NCBI GenBank assembly: GCA_963783375.1
Contig: CAWANH010000028.1
Coordinates: 288,001 to 352,000 of the forward strand
Reading direction: 5' to 3'
Source: Candidatus Eiseniibacteriota bacterium
GTDB lineage: Bacteria; Eisenbacteria; RBG-16-71-46; JABDJR01
DNA: 64,000 nt
Shown: piece after piece, positions 9,150-17,609 of the stretch
Numbering within the stretch: the first letter of the stretch is position 1
Layout: each line of letters begins with the position of its first letter
Notes under the pieces: generated by a model
The model's database searches: none
The model's input: the letters and a program-made list of their open reading frames with translations, nothing else
Told to the model about the DNA's origin: nothing
Made by a program: the position numbers and the translations under genes

Positions 9150-9953
9150 TCACAGAAGCCGCAGGAGGAACCGGGCCTTCTCCATCCGGCTTTCCAGGAT
9201 CCCCACCCGCCGCCGGTAGGCCTTGCTCGGGCTCCCCGGGTGCCAGGCGGACGGTTTGGGGAGCCCCGCGGCCAGAGCCGCCGCCTCGGGAGGGGCGAGC
9301 TCGGCGGCGGTGAGACCAAAGTAGTGTTCGGCTGCCGCTTCCGCCCCGAAGATCCCCGGCCCGAACTCCACCACGTTCAGGTAGAGCTCCAGGATGCGCC
9401 GCTTCCCCAGGTCATGTTCGAGCTGGCGGGTGAGGAGGGCCTCCTTGAGCTTCCGGAGCGGATTCCTGGACGGCGAGAGCCAGAGGTTCTTGGCCAGCTG
9501 CTGGGTGACGGTCGACGCGCCGCGGGGGGCTTCCTTCTCCTCCCACGCCTCCTCCACCGCCTTCCGGATCTCCGCGGTATCGAAGCCGTGGTGGGAGAAG
9601 AAGCTGATGTCCTCGCCAACCAGGACCGCCTGCTTCAACGGCGGCGCGATCGCGTCGTAGCCCACCCAGCGGTGCTCCACCCGCGCGCCGGGATGTGCCC
9701 GACGGTAGCGCTCGATGAACGCGGTGGTGCGTGGGTCGTGGGCCTTCAGCGCCGCCACGTCGGGCCAGGTGGCCAGCTCGTAGCCCGCCGTCGCGGCGAG
9801 CGCGAGGATCGCGAGCCCCGCCGCGAAGAGGCACCCCCAGGCGAGCCGGCGGCGCCGATGCGGCGTGGCCGAGGCCTCGGACGGCGCGAGCACCGCGTCT
9901 TCACCGGGCGCCGCGCCCGGGGATTCCTCCGGCGGCCGCCCCTCCCCGGTCAT
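9150..9953 (-). CDS. mtgA: Monofunctional biosynthetic peptidoglycan transglycosylase
   Basis: GT51 motifs EDISFFSHHGFD, RGASTVTQQLAKNLWL, RKLKE and KRRILELYLNVVEFG. Confidence 0.92.
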   Translation of the reverse strand: MTGEGRPPEESPGAAPGEDAVLAPSEASATPHRRRRLAWGCLFAAGLAILALAATAGYELATWPDVAALKAHDPRTTAFIERYRRAHPGARVEHRWVGYDAIAPPLKQAVLVGEDISFFSHHGFDTAEIRKAVEEAWEEKEAPRGASTVTQQLAKNLWLSPSRNPLRKLKEALLTRQLEHDLGKRRILELYLNVVEFGPGIFGAEAAAEHYFGLTAAELAPPEAAALAAGLPKPSAWHPGSPSKAYRRRVGILESRMEKARFLLRLL

Positions 9954-11335
9954 GCCGTCGGGAGGCGGATCTCGAACACCGTGCGCCCGGGGGCCGAGTC
10001 CACCCTGACCTCGCCGCCGTGGCGCTGGGTCACGATCCGCTGCACGATGTCGAGGCCGAGGCCCGTTCCCTCCCCCACGTCCTTGGTGGTGAAGAAGGGC
10101 TCCCAGATCCGTCCCTGCGCCTCGTCGGGAATGCCGGGTCCGTCGTCCTCGATCTCCACCCGCACCGCGCCCTCGCTGCGCATGGTGCGAACCTGGAGGC
10201 GCCCCCCCTTCCCCACCGCATCCACCGCGTTCTCCAACAGGTTCATCCACACCTGGTTCAGCTCGCCGGGATACGCGTTGACGGGGGCCACGCCGTCGGC
10301 ATAGCTCCGCGTCACCGTGATCCCCATCGCCCGGAACCGCGACGCCAGCACGGTGATGGTGGCGTCGATCCCGTCGTGGATGTCGGTGGGGCGCTTCTCC
10401 GGAGCCTCGTCCATGCGGGAGTAGGACTTGACCGCGGCCACCAGCTCGGAGATGTGCAACGCCGACGCCTCCGCCTCCTCGAGCATCCCGTGCACGGAGA
10501 GGTCGGCGGCGAGCCAGGCGAAGGCGACCCCGAGGTGATCGGGATCGATCCCTTCCAGGGCGCCCTCCGCCGTTTCCGGGCCCAGGCCGGCGGAGACGAA
10601 GGCTTCGGAGGCCACCCAGGGTTCGGGCACGCCGTGCCGGATCAGGACGGCGCCCCAGGCTTCCTCCTGCTCGCTCCGGGCCAGCGGGTCCAGGCCGGCC
10701 GCGGCGGTCCGGTCCACCCGGGCGCGAATTCCGGTCAGGATCCGCATCCGCTCCGGGTCCGTCCCCAGGGCGGCCAGGTCCAGGGTCAAGCCCTCCAGCT
10801 CTTCCATCCTCCGCCGGAGCTCCCCCACCGAGCGGCGGAGAGCGGCGGCCGGGTTGTTGAGCTCATGGGCCAACCCGGCGGAGAGCTTCCCCAGGGCCAT
10901 GAGTTTCTCGCGTTGCTGGTCGGAACGGGCGGTCTCGCGCACGCGGTCGGCAATGGCGGCCACCAGCCGCGGCTCCAGCTCCGGAATCAACCGGAGCATC
11001 TCCGGGAAATCGGTGACGGGGAGGAGAAGCACCCGGCTCGGCACCACCGCCCGACCGGTGACCGGGATCCGCTTCATGCGGGAGTGGGGGAGCATTCCCG
11101 TCAGCTCTCCCTGCTTCCGCACGTAGAGCCGGCCGTCGGAGGGGCCGCGTTCCACCCGGGCGTGCACCTCCCCCTCCAGAACCACGACCATCGTTTCGGG
11201 GAGGTCGCCCTCTCTGAACACGATCCCGCCGGTGTCGAGCGACATCTCCTGCGAGTGGTCCGCGATCCAGTCGAGCTGAGGCGGGGTCAATCCAGCGAAG
11301 ACCGGGATTCCCTCGATCTCTTCGCGGAGGGTCAT
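9950..11335 (-). CDS. Sensor histidine kinase with N-terminal cNMP-binding domain
   Basis: N-terminal cNMP-like domain; H-box LAHELNNP; NQVWMNLLENA, DDGPGI, FFTTK and GTGLGL. Confidence 0.9.
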   Translation of the reverse strand: MTLREEIEGIPVFAGLTPPQLDWIADHSQEMSLDTGGIVFREGDLPETMVVVLEGEVHARVERGPSDGRLYVRKQGELTGMLPHSRMKRIPVTGRAVVPSRVLLLPVTDFPEMLRLIPELEPRLVAAIADRVRETARSDQQREKLMALGKLSAGLAHELNNPAAALRRSVGELRRRMEELEGLTLDLAALGTDPERMRILTGIRARVDRTAAAGLDPLARSEQEEAWGAVLIRHGVPEPWVASEAFVSAGLGPETAEGALEGIDPDHLGVAFAWLAADLSVHGMLEEAEASALHISELVAAVKSYSRMDEAPEKRPTDIHDGIDATITVLASRFRAMGITVTRSYADGVAPVNAYPGELNQVWMNLLENAVDAVGKGGRLQVRTMRSEGAVRVEIEDDGPGIPDEAQGRIWEPFFTTKDVGEGTGLGLDIVQRIVTQRHGGEVRVDSAPGRTVFEIRLPTA

Positions 11336-12992
11336 AGCGTGCTCAGGTGGCGGTGGACGAAGCTCACCACGGTGGACCCTTCCCCCACGCCCGAGGCCAC
11401 CCGCTTCATGGAGCCCTTGCGGACGTCTCCGGCCGCGAACACCCCGGGTACGCTGGTCTCGAGCAGGAACGGGTCGCGGTCCAGAGGCCAGCCGCGCGGG
11501 CGGCCCCCCTCCGGCACCAGCTCGGGGCCGGTGAGGATGAACCCCGCGGGATCGCGCGCCACCGCGCCATCCAACCAGTCGGTACGGGGTACCGCGCCGA
11601 TGAAGATGAAGAGGCCGGCGGCGGGAACGGTTTCGACGCCGCCGGACTCCACGTCCTTGAGCTCCAGGGACGTGAGCGACCGATCCCCCGAGGCACCGGC
11701 GATCTCGGTTCGGGTGCGGACGCCAATGTTGGCGGTGGTCTCGATCCGGTCCACCAGGTAGCTGGACATCTTGGCCCGCAGGTCGTCGCCCCGGATGACC
11801 ACGGTGACCCGGGAAGCGAACTGCGCGAAGTGGAGCGCGGCCTGGCCGGCGGAGTTCCCCCCCCGACCACGTACACTTGCTGGTCGCCATAGGCGGCGGC
11901 CTCGGCCATGGAGGCTCCGTAGTACACACCCGCTCCCGAGAACTCCTCCAACCCGTGCGCCTCGAGCAGGCGGTAGGAGACTCCGGTGGCGATGAGGAGC
12001 GCGTGACAGGACACTTCGCTCCCGTTCCCCAGGCGAAGCCGCCGGTAGGGGCCGTCCATCACCAGCCGCGACACTTCCTGGGGGGCGAGGATCTCCGTCC
12101 CGAACCGGCGGGCCTGGGCGGTGGCGCGTCGGGCCAGGTCGGAGCCGCTCAAGCCGGCCGGAAAACCGAGGTAGTTCTCGATCCGGGAGCTTTGCCCCGC
12201 CTGCCCTCCCGGCGCCTCCTTCTCCACCAGCATCGTGCGAAGCCCCTCGCAGGACCCGTAAACCGCGGCGGCCAGTCCCGCCGGTCCGCCGCCCACGATG
12301 ATGAAGTCGTAGAAGGGGCGCTCGGCGCGCGTCTTCAAGCCCAGGCGCTCGGCGAGCACGGCGATGGTGGCCTCCTCCACCGCATCGCCGTCCGGGCACA
12401 GCGCGAGGGGGAGGCCGGCCCCGGTCAGCCCCAGCTCCTTCAGGAGGCGGCCGGCCAGCGGGTTGGCCTCGATGTCGAACCACTGGTAGGGGATGTTGTT
12501 CCGGGCCAGGAAGTCCTTCAGCCGATGCGTCTCCGGCGACCAGCGGTTCCCGATCAGCCGAACGCCGCCGAAGGTGGGGCGGAAGTCGGCCCTCCAGTCA
12601 TCCAGGAGATCGTCCAGGATCGGGTAGAGCCGCTCTTCCGGAGGGTTCCAGGGCTTCAATAGATAGAAATCGATCTGGGCCCGGTTGATGGCGCGGATCG
12701 CCGCCTCGGTATCGGCATAGGCGGTCAGGAGCACCCGCTTGGCCTCGGGAAAGAGATCGACCGCCTGCTCGAGAAACTCCACCCCGGTCATCTGCGGCAT
12801 GCGCTGATCCACCAGGAAGAGCGCCACCGGATCGTTCCGGCGCTTCAGGGTCTGGATCGCCTCCAGGCCCTGGGATCCGGATGCCGCTTCCACTACCCGG
12901 TAATGCTCGCCGTACCTGATACGCAGGTCGCGGGCCACGGCTTTCAGAACCTCGAGGTTGTCATCGATCGCGAGAAGAGCGGGCTTGGACAT
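11332..12992 (-). CDS. Response-regulator receiver / thioredoxin-reductase-like fusion protein (frameshifted at 11857-11864)
   Basis: REC domain (IDDN, LVDQRMP, KPW), GGGPAG and IENYLGFP. The reading VVGGG|NSAGQAA switches frame in a G8 run and continues to GVFAAGDVR..KRVASGVGEG. Confidence 0.85.
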
Positions 12993-13090
12993 GTGGGGAC
13001 TCCGGGATGTGGGAAGCCAGGATTATAGACCTCCGCTTCCGGGAAACAATCCTGGAGTGCGCCGGGAATCCCGTCGCTGCCGGGCCCCGC

Positions 13091-14359
13091 TCAGACCTCG
13101 TCCCGCACCAGGGGGTGGCTCAGGCAGTGCGGCCCGCCCCGGGCGCGGGAGATCTCGTGGCTGGGGAGGAGGATGCACACGCGCTTCCCTTCGTCGAGGT
13201 CCACCTCCTCCCGGCCCAGGAGCAGATCCTCGGCGTCGATCACCCGGAAGCCCCGGCGTCCCAGTTCCTCGGCGGTCCCCTCGTTCCGGTCGTAGAGGGT
13301 GATCACCCCGGGGGCGACGGCGAGGGCGTTGGCCCCGTCGGTCCACTGTTCCCGTTGTTGGCGAACGGCATCACCGCCCCCGCAGGGGATCGGCTCCAGA
13401 TCGAGGCCCCGACGGGCGAGCGCGGCCAGGAGGTCCCCCGCGTCCACCGGGACCGGGTCCTCGGCGTGGAGATCGATCTCACCCACCGAGGCCGATTCGC
13501 GGCGGCCGGGGAGGAGCACCGGCGGGTAGATCAGCGCCGCGTCGCGGTCCACCGGGGTGATGAGGGTGTCGAGGTGCATGTAGGCCCGGCGCCGGGGGAT
13601 CTCGACCAGGAGCATCCAGCGGGGGCCGGTCTCGAGCTGGGCTAGGTTCCGGGCCAGAGCGGCGGTGGCGGTGGCGTTGGTGCGCTCGGAATGGCCGACC
13701 ACCACGACCTCCGGGGAGAGCACCAGGAAGTCGCCCCCCTCGAAGCACGGGCGGTGAACGTCGAGGAAGAGCGCATCCTCGGCGGAGAACTTGAGCGGAT
13801 CGTGGAGCACCGAGGCCGCGGCAAGATCGGGATGGAACCGGAAGATGGCCCGGGCCAGGAGCGCCTCGCGGTGGCGGGCCGGAGCGGCCATGGCCCCGAA
13901 GATGACCCCGTCCCCCAGGACGACCTGGGGATCGCGTTGGAAGCACCAGTTGGGAATGGGGGGAACCTCGAACAGGTCCTCCGCCTCCACCCCGGGGGTC
14001 GCGGTTCCGGACCGCACCCCCGCCACCAGCATCTCGGCCAGGTCCGTCCCCGCCGCCTCCTGCATGCGGCGCCGGAGGCCCGGGGAGAGATCCCGCAGCA
14101 ACACGTTCAGCACCCAGGCCCGGGCCACCGGATCGTCGAGAACCTCGGCCAGGGCGTCCTGGGCGTCCACCGTCTCCACCCCCAGGAGCTGGAGCACGCG
14201 ACGGAAGAGCGCATGCTCCTCGCGCGCGCGGTTCCCGAACAGGACGTCGTCGAAGAGAAGGTCGTCCATCATGGCCGGAACCATGTGGTCCACTTCAAGA
14301 CCGGGTTCGTGAAGGAGAACTTTCTTCAGGCGACCGATTTCCGAGGTGACGCGAACCAT
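13091..14359 (-). CDS. arcA: Arginine deiminase
   Basis: Motifs SEIGRLKKVLLHEPG, LLFDD, FQRD, EGGD, MHLDT, EQWTDGAN and RGGPHC (catalytic Cys). Confidence 0.9.
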   Translation of the reverse strand: MVRVTSEIGRLKKVLLHEPGLEVDHMVPAMMDDLLFDDVLFGNRAREEHALFRRVLQLLGVETVDAQDALAEVLDDPVARAWVLNVLLRDLSPGLRRRMQEAAGTDLAEMLVAGVRSGTATPGVEAEDLFEVPPIPNWCFQRDPQVVLGDGVIFGAMAAPARHREALLARAIFRFHPDLAAASVLHDPLKFSAEDALFLDVHRPCFEGGDFLVLSPEVVVVGHSERTNATATAALARNLAQLETGPRWMLLVEIPRRRAYMHLDTLITPVDRDAALIYPPVLLPGRRESASVGEIDLHAEDPVPVDAGDLLAALARRGLDLEPIPCGGGDAVRQQREQWTDGANALAVAPGVITLYDRNEGTAEELGRRGFRVIDAEDLLLGREEVDLDEGKRVCILLPSHEISRARGGPHCLSHPLVRDEV

Positions 14360-14408
14360 GCTCTGCCTGTCGGTTGGGGGTGAACGGAAGCGACCGGCCG
14401 ACGGCGCC

Positions 14409-14738
14409 TCAGCGCTTCTTCTTGGCGTTGTTCGGCTGCTCGCGCACTTCGGCCATGAGCACCAGGAACTCATCGTAGGGAACGGCGGGCCAGCTCTCGG
14501 CGGTGAGGGCGCCCTCGGTCCGGGAGATGAGAGACACCTGATGCGCGGTCTCCACGTCGGGGGCATCGTAGATGTCCATGAAGTCGTAGGGGCCTAGCAG
14601 GGCGTAGTGGCCGTGCCACCTCACCTGGGGACAGACCTCCTTCACCTTCTTCATCCACTCCTTCCCGGTGCTCCGCCGCTTGGCGGCGTCATGCATGGAC
14701 TCGGGCGAGAGCTTGGTCATGAGCACGAACGTCGGCAT
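14409..14738 (-). CDS. GYD domain protein
   Basis: MPTFVLMTKL...YALLGPYDFMDIYDAPD; SD GGAGG. Confidence 0.85.
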   Translation of the reverse strand: MPTFVLMTKLSPESMHDAAKRRSTGKEWMKKVKEVCPQVRWHGHYALLGPYDFMDIYDAPDVETAHQVSLISRTEGALTAESWPAVPYDEFLVLMAEVREQPNNAKKKR

Positions 14739-14883
14739 GGAAACCTCCTTCCAGATGGATCCAGACAGGTCCCGACGCTCTGATGGTACACCGGATGGGG
14801 CGGGCGCACCGGGGTCCGGACCATGAATCATGACCGATCAAGTAGCCGAAGCCGCCGGGGACGATCCACCGGGCCCGGTGCGG

Positions 14884-15495
14884 CTAGTCGATCTCGGGGG
14901 GGCGGGCGGCCGCGCGGGCGGCGGCCAGGGTGAGGTCCAGGTATCCGGCCGCCCAGACGAACGGCGTCTCCCCCGCCTTCTTCGCGGCCCGGGGAAGCCA
15001 GGATAGCAGATGCCGCTCCACGAACTCGTGCCGGGCCCGGAGAACCTGCTCCTGAACCCCTCCCTCGCTTTCCGAATCCATCCGGCAGAGATGCGCGGTG
15101 AACTCGAGTTGATGGCGCAGATGGTCGGCGGTTTCGTTGGCTTCGCCCCGGAGCCGGAGACCGAAGCTCTTGTGGAAGAGAACGTTCTCATGGAGAACCC
15201 GAGGAACGGGGTCGCGCTTGTTGTAATGGGATTCCAGGAGCGGGACCGGGGGATGGGGAGCGCCGGCGTCGAACGCGGCGATGTACTGGGCCTCGTACTC
15301 CCCGGGAGCGTCCGGCAGGGCCGGTCCACCGGGAAGCGAAGGGTTGGCCAGGGCGCCGGTCAACCGCCGCCAGAACTCAGCGGTCTCCGGCGCGGTGAGC
15401 CAGGCCCACTGTCCGGGCCCGGGAACCCGGTAGAGATCGTGGAGGAAGAGGAACGCCGCGGCGAGATCCCCGGCTTCCAGGACGGTTCGGATCAC
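14884..15495 (-). CDS. Molybdoenzyme-specific chaperone (TorD/NarJ/DMSO reductase type II delta family)
   Basis: Motifs PLLESHY, ETADHLRHQLEF and FVERHLLSWLP; GTG start overlaps the stop of the gamma gene (GTGA). Confidence 0.85.
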   Translation of the reverse strand: MIRTVLEAGDLAAAFLFLHDLYRVPGPGQWAWLTAPETAEFWRRLTGALANPSLPGGPALPDAPGEYEAQYIAAFDAGAPHPPVPLLESHYNKRDPVPRVLHENVLFHKSFGLRLRGEANETADHLRHQLEFTAHLCRMDSESEGGVQEQVLRARHEFVERHLLSWLPRAAKKAGETPFVWAAGYLDLTLAAARAAARPPEID

Positions 15496-16226
15496 GGGGT
15501 CACCTCGTACCAGAGGCTGTAGAACTTGAGCCCCGAACGCTGGTCGCGGTCCCCGTCCCAGACCGCGAAGGCCACGGGGGTGCCGGGGGCCGGAACGGGG
15601 AGCTCGAACACGACTTCCCATCCTTCTCCGGTCCGCCTCATCGTCCCGGGAAAGGAAGCCCCGGTTCCCTCCACTGTTCCCCGCCCCGCCCCGCCAAGAA
15701 CCTCGAAGCCCCGGGCGCGGTTCCAGTAGTACAGGTCCACCGGGTTGTCCCGGTCTCCCATCATGACCGCCGGAAAGCTTCCCGTGGGGCCCTGGGACCG
15801 CGGCACCATGACGCAGGCCGCGTCGGCGAACCGCTCGATGTCCCGGGAGTGCTCCTTGTAGATGTGCGTTTCCCCGCCGTCGGGATACCGGGCGGGGGGG
15901 CGAGGATCGCTGTCGGTGGCGTCGGTCCAGCGGAGCCGGACGAAGAGCGAATCCCCGCTCTGGATCAGGGCGACCCCGGCGGTGGGACGGTACCCGTCGT
16001 CGGTCGGGTCGCCCTCGTAGATGGGTGGGGTCCGGTTCATGTGGATCGGGATCTCGCCGGCCCGCGCCCATTCCGGGCCCTCTCCGGCCCGAAGGACCGA
16101 GGGCGCGGCGGAAACCACCGCCACCGGGAGAGGGAGCCCTCCGTCTTTCCCCACCCCCGGCCCCGCGCCCGCGACGCCGGCGGCGATAACCAGGACTCCC
16201 ACGGTCAGGATGATCACGCGCTTCAT
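15492..16226 (-). CDS. DMSO reductase type II gamma subunit (ethylbenzene-dehydrogenase-type heme b, DOMON-like), periplasmic
   Basis: Sec signal peptide; LFVRLRWTDAT, FADAACVM, VMMGD (Met ligand), AFAVWDG...RSGLK (Lys ligand). Confidence 0.85.
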   Translation of the reverse strand: MKRVIILTVGVLVIAAGVAGAGPGVGKDGGLPLPVAVVSAAPSVLRAGEGPEWARAGEIPIHMNRTPPIYEGDPTDDGYRPTAGVALIQSGDSLFVRLRWTDATDSDPRPPARYPDGGETHIYKEHSRDIERFADAACVMVPRSQGPTGSFPAVMMGDRDNPVDLYYWNRARGFEVLGGAGRGTVEGTGASFPGTMRRTGEGWEVVFELPVPAPGTPVAFAVWDGDRDQRSGLKFYSLWYEVTP

Positions 16227-16239
16227 GGACGACCTCCGT

Positions 16240-17607
16240 TCAGCACCAGTCGTCGCCTCCATCGGAAGGAGCGGGAGGAGCGGCCGCCGTGCACTCGGGC
16301 GCCAGGGAACAGCTCGAGCAGGCTTCATCGGGCGGGGCGGGAACCGGGGGTGACGGGTTCCCCGCGCGACGCCGGCGCGACGCCCCCACACCGGTCGCGA
16401 GCCCGAATGCGGCCCGAACCGGGCCTGGAATGCCCCCCCGACCGCGCCGGTCGCGCTTTCCCCCGTCGCCACCGGGCGCCGGGCTCTCGCCCTCCGCATC
16501 GCGGAGCGCGGCATGTTCGCCTGCCGTCTTCGCGCCGGGGGTCCCCAATTCGGTGAGCCCCGGACCCGGCTCGTATCCTTCCACGCGTCTCTTCACGTCC
16601 TCGGGAGCGTCCTTCAGCACCTCGCGAGGGGCCACGCGGAAACGCACCGAGGCGTCGCGCCCGATCAGGAGCTGGAGCAACTCACTCTTCTCCCCGGACT
16701 GCGCCCGCTTCAGCTCCCCTTCCAGCCGGTGGATCACCGTCACCACCTCGGGGCCGAAGAGGTACTTCAGGTAGTCAAGAGGCAGCCGCGGATCCTCCAG
16801 AACGCTGTTACCCGCGTTCCCCGACTTGGGAGGATTGAACGGGGGCACGTAGTACACGTTGGGAGAGGTGCCCTTCTCGGGGAAGAGGCCGAGAGCCACC
16901 TTGTACTTGATCACCAGTTTGTGCACCGGGGACTCTGGGTCGTCGAGAAGGCCCAGGAAGCGGATCCGGCCCGGACACTGGGCGGCGCAGGCGTTCACCT
17001 GCCCCTTCTCCAGACGCGGGTAGCAGAAGATGCACTTCTCGCTCTTTCCCTTGACCTCGTTGAAATAGATCTTCTTGTAGGGACAGGCCTTCACGCAGTA
17101 GCGATAGCCGCGGCAGCGCTCCTGATCGATGAGAACGATCCCGTCCTCCTCGCGCTTGTAGATCGCCTTCCGCGGACAGGCCTCGAGGCACGCCGGGTGG
17201 GTGCAGTGGTTGCAGATCCGGGGAAGGTAGAAGAAGTAGGGGTTGGCGGTGTCCCATCCTCCGACGTCCTCGTCCCAGTTCGGCGTGTAGGTGGGCTCGA
17301 CGTTGGGCATCACCGGCTTCCGCTTCCCCTCGAAGAGCCGCTGAGCGTAGTCGTACTCGAAGGCCTCGCCGTAGTCCTCCTTGGAGGGGAGGGCCGATGG
17401 GCGAAGATGGCGTTGCTCGTCGAACCCGCCCCCCAGGGTGTGCCACCCCCGGGGATAGCCGGCGCCGGGATGGGTCTCCACGTTGTTCCAGTACATGTAG
17501 TCCATGCCGTCGCCGTCGGTCCATTGCTTCTTGCAGGCCAGGGTGCAGGTCTGACACCCGATGCACTTGTTCAGGTCCATGACCATGGCGTACTGATGCT
17601 TGGACAC
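16240..17607 (-). CDS. narH: DMSO reductase type II beta (Fe-S) subunit, NarH-like
   Basis: Motifs MDLNKCIGCQTC, WNNVET, PRICNHCTHPACLEACP, CRGYRYCVKACPY and KCIFCYPR..CAAQCPGR. Confidence 0.9.
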   Translation of the reverse strand: MSKHQYAMVMDLNKCIGCQTCTLACKKQWTDGDGMDYMYWNNVETHPGAGYPRGWHTLGGGFDEQRHLRPSALPSKEDYGEAFEYDYAQRLFEGKRKPVMPNVEPTYTPNWDEDVGGWDTANPYFFYLPRICNHCTHPACLEACPRKAIYKREEDGIVLIDQERCRGYRYCVKACPYKKIYFNEVKGKSEKCIFCYPRLEKGQVNACAAQCPGRIRFLGLLDDPESPVHKLVIKYKVALGLFPEKGTSPNVYYVPPFNPPKSGNAGNSVLEDPRLPLDYLKYLFGPEVVTVIHRLEGELKRAQSGEKSELLQLLIGRDASVRFRVAPREVLKDAPEDVKRRVEGYEPGPGLTELGTPGAKTAGEHAALRDAEGESPAPGGDGGKRDRRGRGGIPGPVRAAFGLATGVGASRRRRAGNPSPPVPAPPDEACSSCSLAPECTAAAPPAPSDGGDDWC

Positions 17608-17609
17608 GG

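Noticed and set aside
16240-16242. TGA after WC in the beta subunit as selenocysteine
   Set aside because: Read-through would run out of frame over the gamma gene and its SD, and no convincing SECIS is visible.
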